Source of the DNA: Gemmatimonadota bacterium
GTDB taxonomy: Bacteria; Gemmatimonadota; Gemmatimonadetes; Gemmatimonadales; Gemmatimonadaceae
DNA length: 64,000 nt
Reading direction: 5' to 3'
Assembly (NCBI GenBank): GCA_040389905.1
Contig: JAZJZK010000023.1
Span: 128,407 to 192,406 of the forward strand
Positions 30,558-39,709 of this stretch are shown here, in pieces. The position numbers and the translations under genes were made by a program. The stretch's first letter is position 1; each line of letters starts with the position of its first letter. The notes beneath the pieces are model-generated. The model searched no databases and was not told where the DNA came from. It worked only from the letters and a program-made list of their open reading frames with translations.

Positions 30558-31501
30558 TGCGCGCGTGCGGACGACTCGCGCTGCTGTTCGCGCTCACGGC
30601 GCCGGCCGCGTGCGCAGGCGGGCAGGGAACGCCGGCCGCGCTTTCGCCCGCGCAGATGCAGCGCGCCGACACGACGGCGCTCCGCCGTACGCTCGACTCG
30701 CTCGCGAATGGTCACCGCGGCGTCGTAGGGTACACCGTACACAATCTCGACACGGGCGAACGCCTGGAGCGGCGCGGCGACGAGACGTTTCCCACCGCGA
30801 GCCTGATCAAGGTGTCGATCCTTGTCACCATCTACGACCTCGTGGATCAGGGAAGGCTTAGCCTCGACGACCCACTCACGATCCTCAAGCTCGACAAGGT
30901 CGGCGGCTCGGGGTCGCTCCAGTTCATGCACGACAATGCGACCGTCACCGTCCACGATGCGGCGTGGCTGATGACGACGATCAGCGACAACACGGCCACG
31001 AACCTGCTCCTCGATCGCATCATCATCCGTCGCGTCTGGGACAAGATGGAGAAGCTCGGTCTCATGCACACGAAAGTGCACTCGAAGAGCTTTCTCCGAA
31101 ACTCGAGCGTCGCCATGGACAGCTCCGTCAAGTACGGACTCGGCGTCACGACACCGAACGAGATGGCGCGGCTGTTCGCGCTGATGTCCGATGGAAAGGC
31201 CGTGAGCCCGAAGGCCGACAGCGCGATGCTCGATATTCTCGCGCACAATGAGAACTCCGAGAAACTCCAGCGCTTCGTCTCCGGGCTCGACGTGCCGCAC
31301 AAGACCGGCGAGACGAATCAGGTGCGGACGGAGTGCGGGCTCTTCCCCCTCCAGTCGCGCGTCGCGTATTGCGTTCTCACGAAGGAGAACAAGGATGAGC
31401 GCTACATGATCGACAACGAAGCGCACGTCATGATGGCGCACATGGGGAAGGCGATCGTGAGTGCGTGGCCGCGACGGGCTGCTCCGAAGGCGTCACCCTG
31501 A
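30554..31501 (+). CDS. Serine hydrolase, class A beta-lactamase-like / PBP fold, probable lipoprotein
   Basis: FPTASLIK (SxxK), SDN, HKTG; APAAC lipobox. Confidence 0.9.
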   Translation: MMRACGRLALLFALTAPAACAGGQGTPAALSPAQMQRADTTALRRTLDSLANGHRGVVGYTVHNLDTGERLERRGDETFPTASLIKVSILVTIYDLVDQGRLSLDDPLTILKLDKVGGSGSLQFMHDNATVTVHDAAWLMTTISDNTATNLLLDRIIIRRVWDKMEKLGLMHTKVHSKSFLRNSSVAMDSSVKYGLGVTTPNEMARLFALMSDGKAVSPKADSAMLDILAHNENSEKLQRFVSGLDVPHKTGETNQVRTECGLFPLQSRVAYCVLTKENKDERYMIDNEAHVMMAHMGKAIVSAWPRRAAPKASP

Positions 31502-31509
31502 GTCCCGCG

Positions 31510-32409
31510 GTGCGAGTGCTGTCGCCGGTCGCGAGCGCCCTGGTTGCGGGGCGCCCGGTCGTGGCGCTGGAAAGCTCGGTTCTGGCCCAAGGGCTTCCGA
31601 TTCCAGCGAACAGGGACGCCGCCGAACGAATGGTGGGGGCGGTCGAACGAGGCGGGGCGCTGCCCGCCATCACCGCCGTGGTTGGCGGCGTTGCGACACT
31701 CGGCCTCGAACCCGATGAGCTCGAGCGCTTTCTGGCGCGAGACGGTGTCAGGAAGGTCGCCGCGCGCGATCTAGCCGTCGCCATTGCCCAGAAAGCGGAC
31801 GGTGCCACGACGGTGGCGGCATCGTTGTGCATCGCTGGCGCCGCTGGAGCGTCGGTGTTCGCAACTGGGGGGATCGGCGGCGTGCACCGAGACGCCCCAT
31901 TCGACGAATCGGGAGATCTTGTGGAACTCGCCAGGACGCCGATGGTCGTCGTCTGCGCGGGTGCGAAATCGATTCTCGACCTCCCCGCGACGTTGGAGCG
32001 GCTCGAAACGCTCGGGGTGACCGTCGTCGGATACCGGACCGACGAGCTACCGGGCTTTTTCACGCGGACGACCGGGCTCAAACTGACGGCGCGCGCCGAC
32101 TCCGCGGAGGAAATCGCTTCGATTCACCGGGCCTCCGTGTCGCTTGGCAGACGTCAGGCGACCCTGGTGGTTCAGGCACCACCAGCCGACGTGGCGTTGG
32201 AGCAGGGGCTCGTGGACGACGCCGTTGCGGGTGCGCTCGAGGAGGCTCGCCGACGAGGTATCCGCGGGGCTCAGACCACGCCATTCTTGCTCGGCGCGGT
32301 GCTCGAGGCCACGGCGGGGAGATCGTTGTCGGCGAATCTTGGATTGCTTGAAGAGAACGCGTATCTGGCGGGACGGATTGCGGTAGCGCTTTCGCGGCCG
32401 AGGATCTGA
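31510..32409 (+). CDS. psuG: Pseudouridine-5'-phosphate glycosidase
   Basis: PVVALESS..AQGLP.P.N, ATTVA, FATGGIGGVHR, CAGAKSILD, TTPFLL; start uncertain. Confidence 0.92.
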   Translation: MRVLSPVASALVAGRPVVALESSVLAQGLPIPANRDAAERMVGAVERGGALPAITAVVGGVATLGLEPDELERFLARDGVRKVAARDLAVAIAQKADGATTVAASLCIAGAAGASVFATGGIGGVHRDAPFDESGDLVELARTPMVVVCAGAKSILDLPATLERLETLGVTVVGYRTDELPGFFTRTTGLKLTARADSAEEIASIHRASVSLGRRQATLVVQAPPADVALEQGLVDDAVAGALEEARRRGIRGAQTTPFLLGAVLEATAGRSLSANLGLLEENAYLAGRIAVALSRPRI

Positions 32410-32433
32410 CTCCGAAGCGCCACGCAGCAGCTA

Positions 32434-32560
32434 TGACAGGTGCCCAGTGATCAGCCGCAGCCAACAGGTTCTCAGGGGGTGTGCCGATTTGGCGCATCGC
32501 TCCCAAAACGCCACACCCCTGTTGCTCTGTAAGCTGCGGCTGATCGCTGGGCACCTGTCA
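32434..32560. repeat. Long rod-like inverted repeat (family C)
   Basis: TGACAGGTGCCCAGTGATCAGCCGCAGC ... GCTGCGGCTGATCGCTGGGCACCTGTCA; 27/28 complementary, with further pairing inward. Confidence 0.88.
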
Positions 32561-32646
32561 CATCTGATTTGGAGCGCTCACGTCTCGCCTGCGCTCAGTC
32601 CCACGCACTTCACAAGAACTTCACACTGAGTTTGTGTATTTCAGTA

Positions 32647-32676
32647 TTGAACTTGCGACGCTCTAAATGGTACAAT
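32647..32676 (+). promoter_or_regulatory. Sigma70-type promoter for the TPR operon
   Basis: TTGAAC-N18-TACAAT with an extended TG, 32 nt before ATG 32709. Confidence 0.6.
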
Positions 32677-32708
32677 ACGGCAACCCTCACGAGCGAGGCT
32701 TCGCATCC

Positions 32709-33869
32709 ATGGCCAATCCGTTCTTGAGCTCCGAAGAGTATGACGAACGCGCTCACCAGCTCTACAACGAAGGCCAGTACGACGACGCCTTAGCCGTCCT
32801 GCGCGAGGGGCTTGCGCTCTACCCCAACTCGGTGGAGCTGCACATCGGTGTTGGGTATGCCCGGCTGGCTCGCGAGGAATTTGCCTGGGCGCGCCGCAGC
32901 TTCGAGGAAGCCCTCGTCCTCGAGCCCGAGCACGAGGATGCCCTCGCCGGTATCGGGGAGACGCTGCTCAAGTTCGGCCTCGAAGAGGCCGCCCTCAAAT
33001 GCTTTCGCCGCACACTCGAGCTCGGTTATGCCGATGACCTCGACCTCATGCTGCAGAGCGGGCGGGCGCTCTTTCGCGAAGCCTCGTCGCGCGATCGGCG
33101 CGAACTGTTCAGCGCGTCGCTCGAGTTCTTCGAGGTGGCAGCGCAGCAGGCGCCGGAGAGCGCCGAAGCACTGGCCTGCGTCGGGTATGCGCAGCATCGC
33201 CTCGGCGATGACGATGCGGCGATTGCGTCGCTCCGGAAGTCGCTCCAGGCGGACAACGAGCACGCAGAAGCCCGCATCTACCTCGCCAACATCCTATATG
33301 ATCGCGGCGACTACGAGGCCGCGCTCTATCACTTCGAGCGCACGACGACCGAAGATCACTGGGACGAACTGGGTATCTGGCGCCTCATCGAACTCAAGCG
33401 CGCGGCCTACAAGCTCAGCGAACACGATCCCGACCTGAAGCCCTGGGAAGATCGGCTTGCCGAGCTCGGCGGTGAGTTGGACGATATCGACGAGCTGTTC
33501 ATCGAAGTCGACGGCGCGTTGGCGGCCGAAAGCGGTGAAGTTGAAGTCGCACGAGGCCAGCTGGAGTTGTTCGGCACGCTTCTTTCCTCCCTCGCCGGCA
33601 CGAAGGCGGAGGAACCCGGTTCGCGCGACGTCGAGGCGCACGAGGTTCTGACGCGAGATGGTCAGCAACTCACCGGTACGTGGGAGGACATCGTGCGCTC
33701 GTTGCAACACGTCGATACCGAAGGGGGGCGCGACGCTTCCCTCGAAGCATTCATGACCCGCATGGCCAAGCGGACCTTCCGGGAGACAGGAGTCCGCGTA
33801 CCGAGCCATGACGTCGAGCTGTTCGTTCGCGGGAGCGCGGACGCAGGGTTGCTGCGTATCGTCCAATGA
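32709..33869 (+). CDS. Tetratricopeptide repeat protein
   Basis: Multiple TPR units (ALYPNSVELHIGVGYARL, LEPEHEDALAGIGETLL, HAEARIYLANILY); acidic C-terminal domain. Confidence 0.9.
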   Translation: MANPFLSSEEYDERAHQLYNEGQYDDALAVLREGLALYPNSVELHIGVGYARLAREEFAWARRSFEEALVLEPEHEDALAGIGETLLKFGLEEAALKCFRRTLELGYADDLDLMLQSGRALFREASSRDRRELFSASLEFFEVAAQQAPESAEALACVGYAQHRLGDDDAAIASLRKSLQADNEHAEARIYLANILYDRGDYEAALYHFERTTTEDHWDELGIWRLIELKRAAYKLSEHDPDLKPWEDRLAELGGELDDIDELFIEVDGALAAESGEVEVARGQLELFGTLLSSLAGTKAEEPGSRDVEAHEVLTRDGQQLTGTWEDIVRSLQHVDTEGGRDASLEAFMTRMAKRTFRETGVRVPSHDVELFVRGSADAGLLRIVQ

Positions 33870-34891
33870 CGGGCGGCTCACAACGCACCGCGCTCGACGC
33901 GGTGCACTCGGCGCGTCCGATCGTGGCGCGCCTGAGCACGTCGCGAGACAAGGAGGATCTCGCCGCCGATATCATCGAAGCATGGTCCGCCGTCGAAACA
34001 GGACTTCGCTCACTGATCGGCGGTTCGGCACTGACGGGGCAGGCACTCATTCGCGAGTTGCGGCAACGCCATTTCCTGAATCTCGAACAGGCGAACGCAC
34101 TCGCCGAGTTTCATGCAGCGCGCGACCGGGCAGGGCGTGTGGACTATGCCCCTACCGAAGGCGACATCAACGCCACGCGTGACGCGTTCCTCAAGCTCGA
34201 AGCCGGACTGATGGGCGACGCAGCGCCGGTTGTTAGCCGCCCACCGCTATCCGCGGTCACTCCGGCAGTAACCGCGGTAGACGCAGAACCACGCGGCGAC
34301 CATCTCGTTGCCCTGCCGAGTTCGCGCCCGGGCTGGGTCATGCCCCTGATCGGACTCGTGGTACTCCTGGCGGTGGGCGGCGTCGCGTGGTATGCGCTCG
34401 CCGGAAGGAGTGCGAGCAATCCCGCGCTCGATCAGGGAATCATTGCGTTCAAGGAGGGCCGCCGCGAAGCCGCGGAAGCAGCCTTCCACAAGGCGTCGCT
34501 CGACGTCCCCAACGATCCGATGCCGCACGTCTATCTCGCGCGTCTCGAGCGCGAGCGCGGCAACCTGGGGAATGCGAACGCCGAAGCGGTCAAGGGCGTA
34601 CAACTCGGTCCCGAGAACGGCGCGGCCCTACGTGAGCTGGCGAGCGTCCTCTTCGCGACGCAGAGTTTCGACGCAGCGCGGACGTTCTACATTCGCGCGA
34701 TCAAGGCAGATAGCACTGATCGGATGTCACAAGGCTTTCTCGGATGCTCGCTCGTGCGACTCGGACGTCTTGATGAAGGCGCGCGATGGATTCAGCGCGC
34801 GGGAAGTGGTGCGTGGTCGGCCTGCTCACCGGCGCCAGGCACGCCGCCTTCCGCGAACCCAATCGTGCCGATGACGGCGCCGAGACCGTGA
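33866..34891 (+). CDS. Membrane protein: N-terminal helical (HEPN-like) domain, one TM, C-terminal TPRs
   Basis: ATGA overlap; TM WVMPLIGLVVLLAVGGVAWYAL; TPR units PNDPMPHVYLARL and PENGAALRELASVL. Confidence 0.85.
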   Translation: MTGGSQRTALDAVHSARPIVARLSTSRDKEDLAADIIEAWSAVETGLRSLIGGSALTGQALIRELRQRHFLNLEQANALAEFHAARDRAGRVDYAPTEGDINATRDAFLKLEAGLMGDAAPVVSRPPLSAVTPAVTAVDAEPRGDHLVALPSSRPGWVMPLIGLVVLLAVGGVAWYALAGRSASNPALDQGIIAFKEGRREAAEAAFHKASLDVPNDPMPHVYLARLERERGNLGNANAEAVKGVQLGPENGAALRELASVLFATQSFDAARTFYIRAIKADSTDRMSQGFLGCSLVRLGRLDEGARWIQRAGSGAWSACSPAPGTPPSANPIVPMTAPRP

Positions 34892-34895
34892 CCGA

Positions 34896-35819
34896 GTGAT
34901 CTCGTTCGCGCAGGTCAGCAAGCACTATCGCAGCTGGAACGGCAAGGAAGTTCGCGCGCTGACGAACTTTACCATCGACCTGCGCGCCGGCGAAGTCTTC
35001 GGGCTCGCCGGTCCGAATGGTGCCGGCAAGAGCACGCTCATCTCGCTCTTGCTTGGCTACCTTGCGCCGACGTCGGGCATGCTGACCATCGACGGTCTCG
35101 AGCCGCGGCGATTCATCGAAGCCAATGGCATCGGGTATTTGTCGGAGTTGGTGAATATCCCACCCGCGTGGCGCGTGGAGGCGGCCCTCGAACGCTACGC
35201 ATTGCTCGCGGGCGTTCCTGAGGAGTCTGTCGCTCAGCGCATTGCGGACGTGATCGATCGCCTGGGTTTGGACGAGCATCGCGGCAAGCGTGTCCGGCAG
35301 CTGTCGAAAGGCAACCTCCAGCGACTGGGCCTCGCACAGTCGATGCTCTGCGAGGAGCGCGTCATCGTCCTCGACGAGCCGACGCACGGCCTCGATCCGG
35401 TGTGGACCCAACGTTTCCGCGACATCGTGGACGCGATGCGGCGCCCCGATCGAACCATCCTCATCGCCTCCCACAATCTCGACGAACTGGCGCGCGTCGC
35501 CGATCGCGTCGGGATCATCGATCGCGGCGAACTTCAGCGTGTGGTGGATGTTCGCGCTTCCGAACGAAACGTCACGGAGGGGGCGCCCTATCGCCTGATG
35601 GTGGCGAGTGGGCGGGAACATGTGCTCGCACAGTTCACGAGCGCAAAGGACGTCGGCAACGGAGAATTCGAGTTGTCCGGTCTTTCGCTGTATGACATCA
35701 ATGCCGGCGTCGCGTCGCTGATCGGGCGCGGCGTGTTGATCAACGCCCTCTACCCCGTTCACTCCGCTCTCGAGCAACAGTTCCGCGAAGCGGTAAGCGG
35801 TAAAGGGAGGCAGGAATGA
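34896..35819 (+). CDS. ABC transporter ATP-binding protein
   Basis: GPNGAGKST, LSKGNLQRLGLA, VLDEPT, SH switch. Confidence 0.95.
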   Translation: MISFAQVSKHYRSWNGKEVRALTNFTIDLRAGEVFGLAGPNGAGKSTLISLLLGYLAPTSGMLTIDGLEPRRFIEANGIGYLSELVNIPPAWRVEAALERYALLAGVPEESVAQRIADVIDRLGLDEHRGKRVRQLSKGNLQRLGLAQSMLCEERVIVLDEPTHGLDPVWTQRFRDIVDAMRRPDRTILIASHNLDELARVADRVGIIDRGELQRVVDVRASERNVTEGAPYRLMVASGREHVLAQFTSAKDVGNGEFELSGLSLYDINAGVASLIGRGVLINALYPVHSALEQQFREAVSGKGRQE

Positions 35820-36607
35820 GACGCGCGCGCCTCGCCCGGTACGGATTGTGGCAACTCCGCGATTACACGATGGATCGTGGGCTCCCGACGATTCTCATCC
35901 TTGTGCTGTTCGCGTACCTGACGCTCGCGCCGGCGCTGATGTCCGTGAACCAGAATCTCGCGCGAATGTCACCGGCTATGCTGGAGAAGCTCGGTGGGAT
36001 CGACAAGGCGCGTGCGAACGAGATGCAGAGTGTCGCGGTGATGGTGTTGCGCTCATTACTCGCCACCGTCGTGTATCTCGGTGCCCTGCTCGCGATGAAC
36101 GGGATCGTTGGGACCGACAGAAAAATGGGCTTCTATCGCTTCCTGTTCGCGAAGCCCGTGTCGCCGATGCGCTATTACGGACAGGCCTTCGTCGTGCACC
36201 TTGCCGGCTACGTGGTCATCGTCGCGCTGTTGTCACTGGTGTTCGGATGGCTCATCACACCCATCGTCAGTGCAACGCTGATCGCCGCGTTGGCCCTCAT
36301 GTACGTCCTCTACGCTGGCATCCTCTTCGCATTTTCGGCGTCGGTGCCGCGGGGCGACTGGATTGCGCTCGTCGCGATCACGATGATCGCGAGCTACCTG
36401 TGGGAACGCTTCGCCGAGTCGACGTCATTTCTGGCGAAGTTATTGTACTTGTTGCCGCCGTTGCATCGGACAGCGGAGGTGTACGTCGCGGTCGCCAAGG
36501 GAGATGCGGTCAATTGGAAGCTGGTTGCGTGGTTCGCGGGTTACGGAGTGGCCTGCTTCATCGCCGGTCTGGTTGTGTTGCGCCGGAGACGGTTAGCAGT
36601 GGCATGA
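35816..36607 (+). CDS. ABC-2-type permease
   Basis: About 6 TM segments; DRKMGFYRFLFAKPVSP; ATGA overlap with the ATPase. Confidence 0.85.
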   Translation: MRRARLARYGLWQLRDYTMDRGLPTILILVLFAYLTLAPALMSVNQNLARMSPAMLEKLGGIDKARANEMQSVAVMVLRSLLATVVYLGALLAMNGIVGTDRKMGFYRFLFAKPVSPMRYYGQAFVVHLAGYVVIVALLSLVFGWLITPIVSATLIAALALMYVLYAGILFAFSASVPRGDWIALVAITMIASYLWERFAESTSFLAKLLYLLPPLHRTAEVYVAVAKGDAVNWKLVAWFAGYGVACFIAGLVVLRRRRLAVA

Positions 36608-36616
36608 AGAGTCCTA

Positions 36617-36788
36617 CGGATTGAGGAGCGGATTGAACGGATGCAACGGAAAACAGCCGGAGACTTCATTCTGCACATGCTGGTGCGCTCGAAGAAGGTG
36701 CGGGCCCCTCGCTGCGCTCAGGAGACAAAACGAGCGTGAAGTATCAGGCAGCTTCCGTATAAATCCGTAATATCCGCTCCTAAGAATC
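36617..36788. repeat. Composite palindrome: (CGGAT)-periodic inverted arms enclosing a type B REP
   Basis: GAGGAGCGGATTGAACGGATGCAACGGAA ... TTCCGTATAAATCCGTAATATCCGCTCCT; core GTGCGGGCCCCTCGCTGCGCTCAGGAGACAAAACGAGCG. Confidence 0.8.
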
Positions 36789-36841
36789 TCTCAATTTGCT
36801 GGTCGCCGCGCTAATCGCGACGCGGCCGAGACCAAGACTAA

Positions 36842-39457
36842 ATGCCAGAATCATTCGACGCATCCACCATCCGGAAGACCGTCCTCAGCAACGGTCTCAC
36901 CGTCGTTATCCGCCAGGACACGTCCGCACCGGTGGTCGCGATCGTCACCTATGTGAAAGCCGGTTACTTCGACGAAACCGACGACGTCGTCGGCATCGCG
37001 CACGTCCTCGAGCACATGTTCTTCAAGGGCACGCCCACGCGTGGGGTCGGTGACATTGCGCGCGAGACGAAGTCCGTTGGCGGCTATCTCAACGCGGCGA
37101 CGATCTACGACCACACGGTGTACTACACCGTGCTCCCGTCCTCCGGTTTCGAAACGGGCCTCGACGTGCAGTTCGATGCCTACGCGCGGTCGATCATCGA
37201 TTCGGATGAGCTGGCGCGGGAACTCGAGGTGATCATCCAGGAGGCGAAGCGAAAGGCGGACAATCCCGGCGCCGTCGTGACGGAAACGCTCTATGAGCTT
37301 CTGCACGACACGCATCGCATCCGCCGTTGGCGCATCGGGCGCGAACCCGGCCTCCGCCTGCTCGATCGCGACGCGATGATGACGTTCTATCGCAACTTCT
37401 ATCATCCGGGGAATACGGTCCTCTCGATCGTCGGCGACGTCGAACCCGATCACGTGCTGCGCGAAGTGATCGCTCGGTATGGAGAACTGCCGGCCGGAAC
37501 GCCCACCATGTCGCCAGGCCCCGACGAGGAGGGTTTGCCGGGATTTCGCTTTCGCGAGTGGGTTGGAGACATCGGCCAAACGCAGATCGCCTTTGGCTGG
37601 CGTACTCCGGGTACACTCGATCCAGCGAGCCCCGCACTCGACATGCTGTCGATGGTGCTCGGCGGAGGTCGTGCATCGCGACTGTATCGCGCGGTGCGGG
37701 AGCGCAAGCTGGCAACCTCCGTCGCCGTGTACAACTACACGCCGACGTCGCTTGGTGTATTCGTCGTCCACGCAGAGTCACCACCGGAGCGAGCAGCGGA
37801 AGCGACGCAGGCGATCTGGTCTCAGCTGAAGGCCCTGCGCGAGCATGGCGTGTCCGCGAGCGAGGTCGTTCGCGCAAAGCGGCTCTACGAGTCGCGCTGG
37901 GTGCGCCGGCTCGAGGATATGGAGGGCCAGGCCAACTATCTCGCCGAATGGGAAGCGCTGGGCGATTGGAAGGGCGGTGACGAGTACCTGGCGCGCGCGA
38001 TGGCCGTGACGGCAGAAGAGTTGACGGAATTGGCGCGCCGTTTCCTCGACCCCGATCAAGTTGGTATCGCCGTCTATCGTCCGGAGGGTGCACCGGAGAT
38101 CGCGGGTTCGGCTGCGGAGATGCGCCTCACGCTCGACGGCGCGCCTGCCGCCGAAGTACTCACGCCACCCGAACCGACACCGAGTGCGCCCGCGGTGCAC
38201 ACGCGACTCCGCATCGAGCGCGAGGAAGCCGGCGTGCGCGTGTATCGCACGGAGTCCGGCACGCCGCTGCTCGTGCGCCGCAAGGCTGGCGCCCTTCTCC
38301 ACGCGGGTGCCTATGCCTTTGGTGGTGCGCGAGACGAGCCGCCGGAGGAAGCGGGACTCACGAGTATCATGGTGCGATCCGCACTCAAGGGCACGGCGCT
38401 CCGCAGCGCGACACAAATCGCGGAGGAAGGAGAATTGCTCGGCGGCAGTGTGGGTGGAGGCGCGACGAGCGAAAGTTTTGGGTGGTCGATCAGCGTGCCC
38501 GCGAGGTACGGCGCCGACGCGGTGGCGCTGCTCGCAGACGTGGCCCAATCGCCTTCGATTGCCGAAGATGCGCTCGAGACGGAACGCTCGATTGCGCTAT
38601 CGGACTTGAGCGCCCTCCGCGACGACATGTATCGCTATCCGATGCGCATGGCGACACTCGCGGCCTTTGCCGGCCATCCGTACGGCGTGCCGGTCAGCGG
38701 CGACGAACAGTCGCTGCCGCGTCTCACGGCAGCACGCGCGCGCGACTGGCACCGGGCACGCTTCATCAATGGTCCCGTCGTTCTGGCGATCGTCGGCGAC
38801 GCCGACCTCGACGAACTGGCGGCGATGATGGCAGGGCCCTTCGATGCGCTCGTTGGCGGCGAGCCGTCGAGCATCGAGCGGCCGCATTGGCCTGACGGGA
38901 TCGTGCAGCGCGTGGAGCAACGCGAGAAAGCACAAACGGCGCTGGCATTGTTGTTCCCGGCACCCGATCGCCAAGACAACGCGCGGTTCGCCTCGGCGAT
39001 GATCGCCGGTGTGGCGAGTGGACTCGGCGGCCGGTTCTTTGACGAGCTACGTGACAAGCAGTCGCTCGGATACACGGTGCAGGCGTTCAGTAGTGAACGC
39101 TCGCTCGCCGGTGCGTTCGCCGCGTACATCGCCACGGGGCCGGAGAAGGAGGATCAAGCGCGACGCGGATTGCTGAACGAGTTTGCGAAGCTGCGAAGCG
39201 AGCCGGTTACCGCGAAGGAGCTCGAGCAGGCACAGACGTACGCGATCGGCACGCACGCCATCCGCCAGCAGGGTGGCGGCGCGGTGCTCGGCGACATGGT
39301 CGACGCGTTCATGTTCGGCGGATTGCACGAACTGGCCGAATTCGAGCAGCGCGTGCGTGGCGTGACCGCGGCGGAGATGCAGGCAATTGCGCGCGCGTAC
39401 TTCGATGAGTCGCGTCGAGTGGAGGGGATTGTCAGGGGGACTGGTAGAGCGGTGTAA
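36842..39457 (+). CDS. M16 (pitrilysin-family) zinc peptidase, fused two-module form
   Basis: GIAHVLEHMFFKGT (HxxEH), YLNAAT, FYRNFYHP.N; second half lacks HxxEH. Confidence 0.95.
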   Translation: MPESFDASTIRKTVLSNGLTVVIRQDTSAPVVAIVTYVKAGYFDETDDVVGIAHVLEHMFFKGTPTRGVGDIARETKSVGGYLNAATIYDHTVYYTVLPSSGFETGLDVQFDAYARSIIDSDELARELEVIIQEAKRKADNPGAVVTETLYELLHDTHRIRRWRIGREPGLRLLDRDAMMTFYRNFYHPGNTVLSIVGDVEPDHVLREVIARYGELPAGTPTMSPGPDEEGLPGFRFREWVGDIGQTQIAFGWRTPGTLDPASPALDMLSMVLGGGRASRLYRAVRERKLATSVAVYNYTPTSLGVFVVHAESPPERAAEATQAIWSQLKALREHGVSASEVVRAKRLYESRWVRRLEDMEGQANYLAEWEALGDWKGGDEYLARAMAVTAEELTELARRFLDPDQVGIAVYRPEGAPEIAGSAAEMRLTLDGAPAAEVLTPPEPTPSAPAVHTRLRIEREEAGVRVYRTESGTPLLVRRKAGALLHAGAYAFGGARDEPPEEAGLTSIMVRSALKGTALRSATQIAEEGELLGGSVGGGATSESFGWSISVPARYGADAVALLADVAQSPSIAEDALETERSIALSDLSALRDDMYRYPMRMATLAAFAGHPYGVPVSGDEQSLPRLTAARARDWHRARFINGPVVLAIVGDADLDELAAMMAGPFDALVGGEPSSIERPHWPDGIVQRVEQREKAQTALALLFPAPDRQDNARFASAMIAGVASGLGGRFFDELRDKQSLGYTVQAFSSERSLAGAFAAYIATGPEKEDQARRGLLNEFAKLRSEPVTAKELEQAQTYAIGTHAIRQQGGGAVLGDMVDAFMFGGLHELAEFEQRVRGVTAAEMQAIARAYFDESRRVEGIVRGTGRAV

Positions 39458-39465
39458 ACCGCGCG

Positions 39466-39648
39466 GGTGCAGACCCCTCGACTTCGCTCGGGGTGACAAC
39501 ACGTGCAGACCCCTCCATTCGCTCTTCCCGCCGGAAAATTGAACGCGGATTGAGCGAATTGTGGGGCGGATCAAATCTGATAAACAACTTCAAGAACAAG
39601 TTGTTCAATCGGCTCTTATCCGCTTCCATCCGCTCAATCCGCGTTCAA
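39466..39648. repeat. Type A REP followed by a CGGAT-family long hairpin
   Basis: GGTGCAGACCCCTCGACTTCGCTCGGGGTGACA; then TTGAACGCGGATTGAGCG..GCGGAT ... ATCCGC..CCGCTCAATCCGCGTTCAA (about 39539-39648). Confidence 0.8.
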
Positions 39649-39709
39649 TGTGCCGGTGCACGCCTTGTCGGTGGCAACGCTGTTAAATGGCTCTTTGCCA
39701 AAATAGGTG

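Noticed and set aside
30554..31501. True class A beta-lactamase resistance gene
   Set aside because: SxxK, SDN and KTG are present, but no obvious omega-loop ExxLN (Glu166) motif; more likely a PBP-like hydrolase
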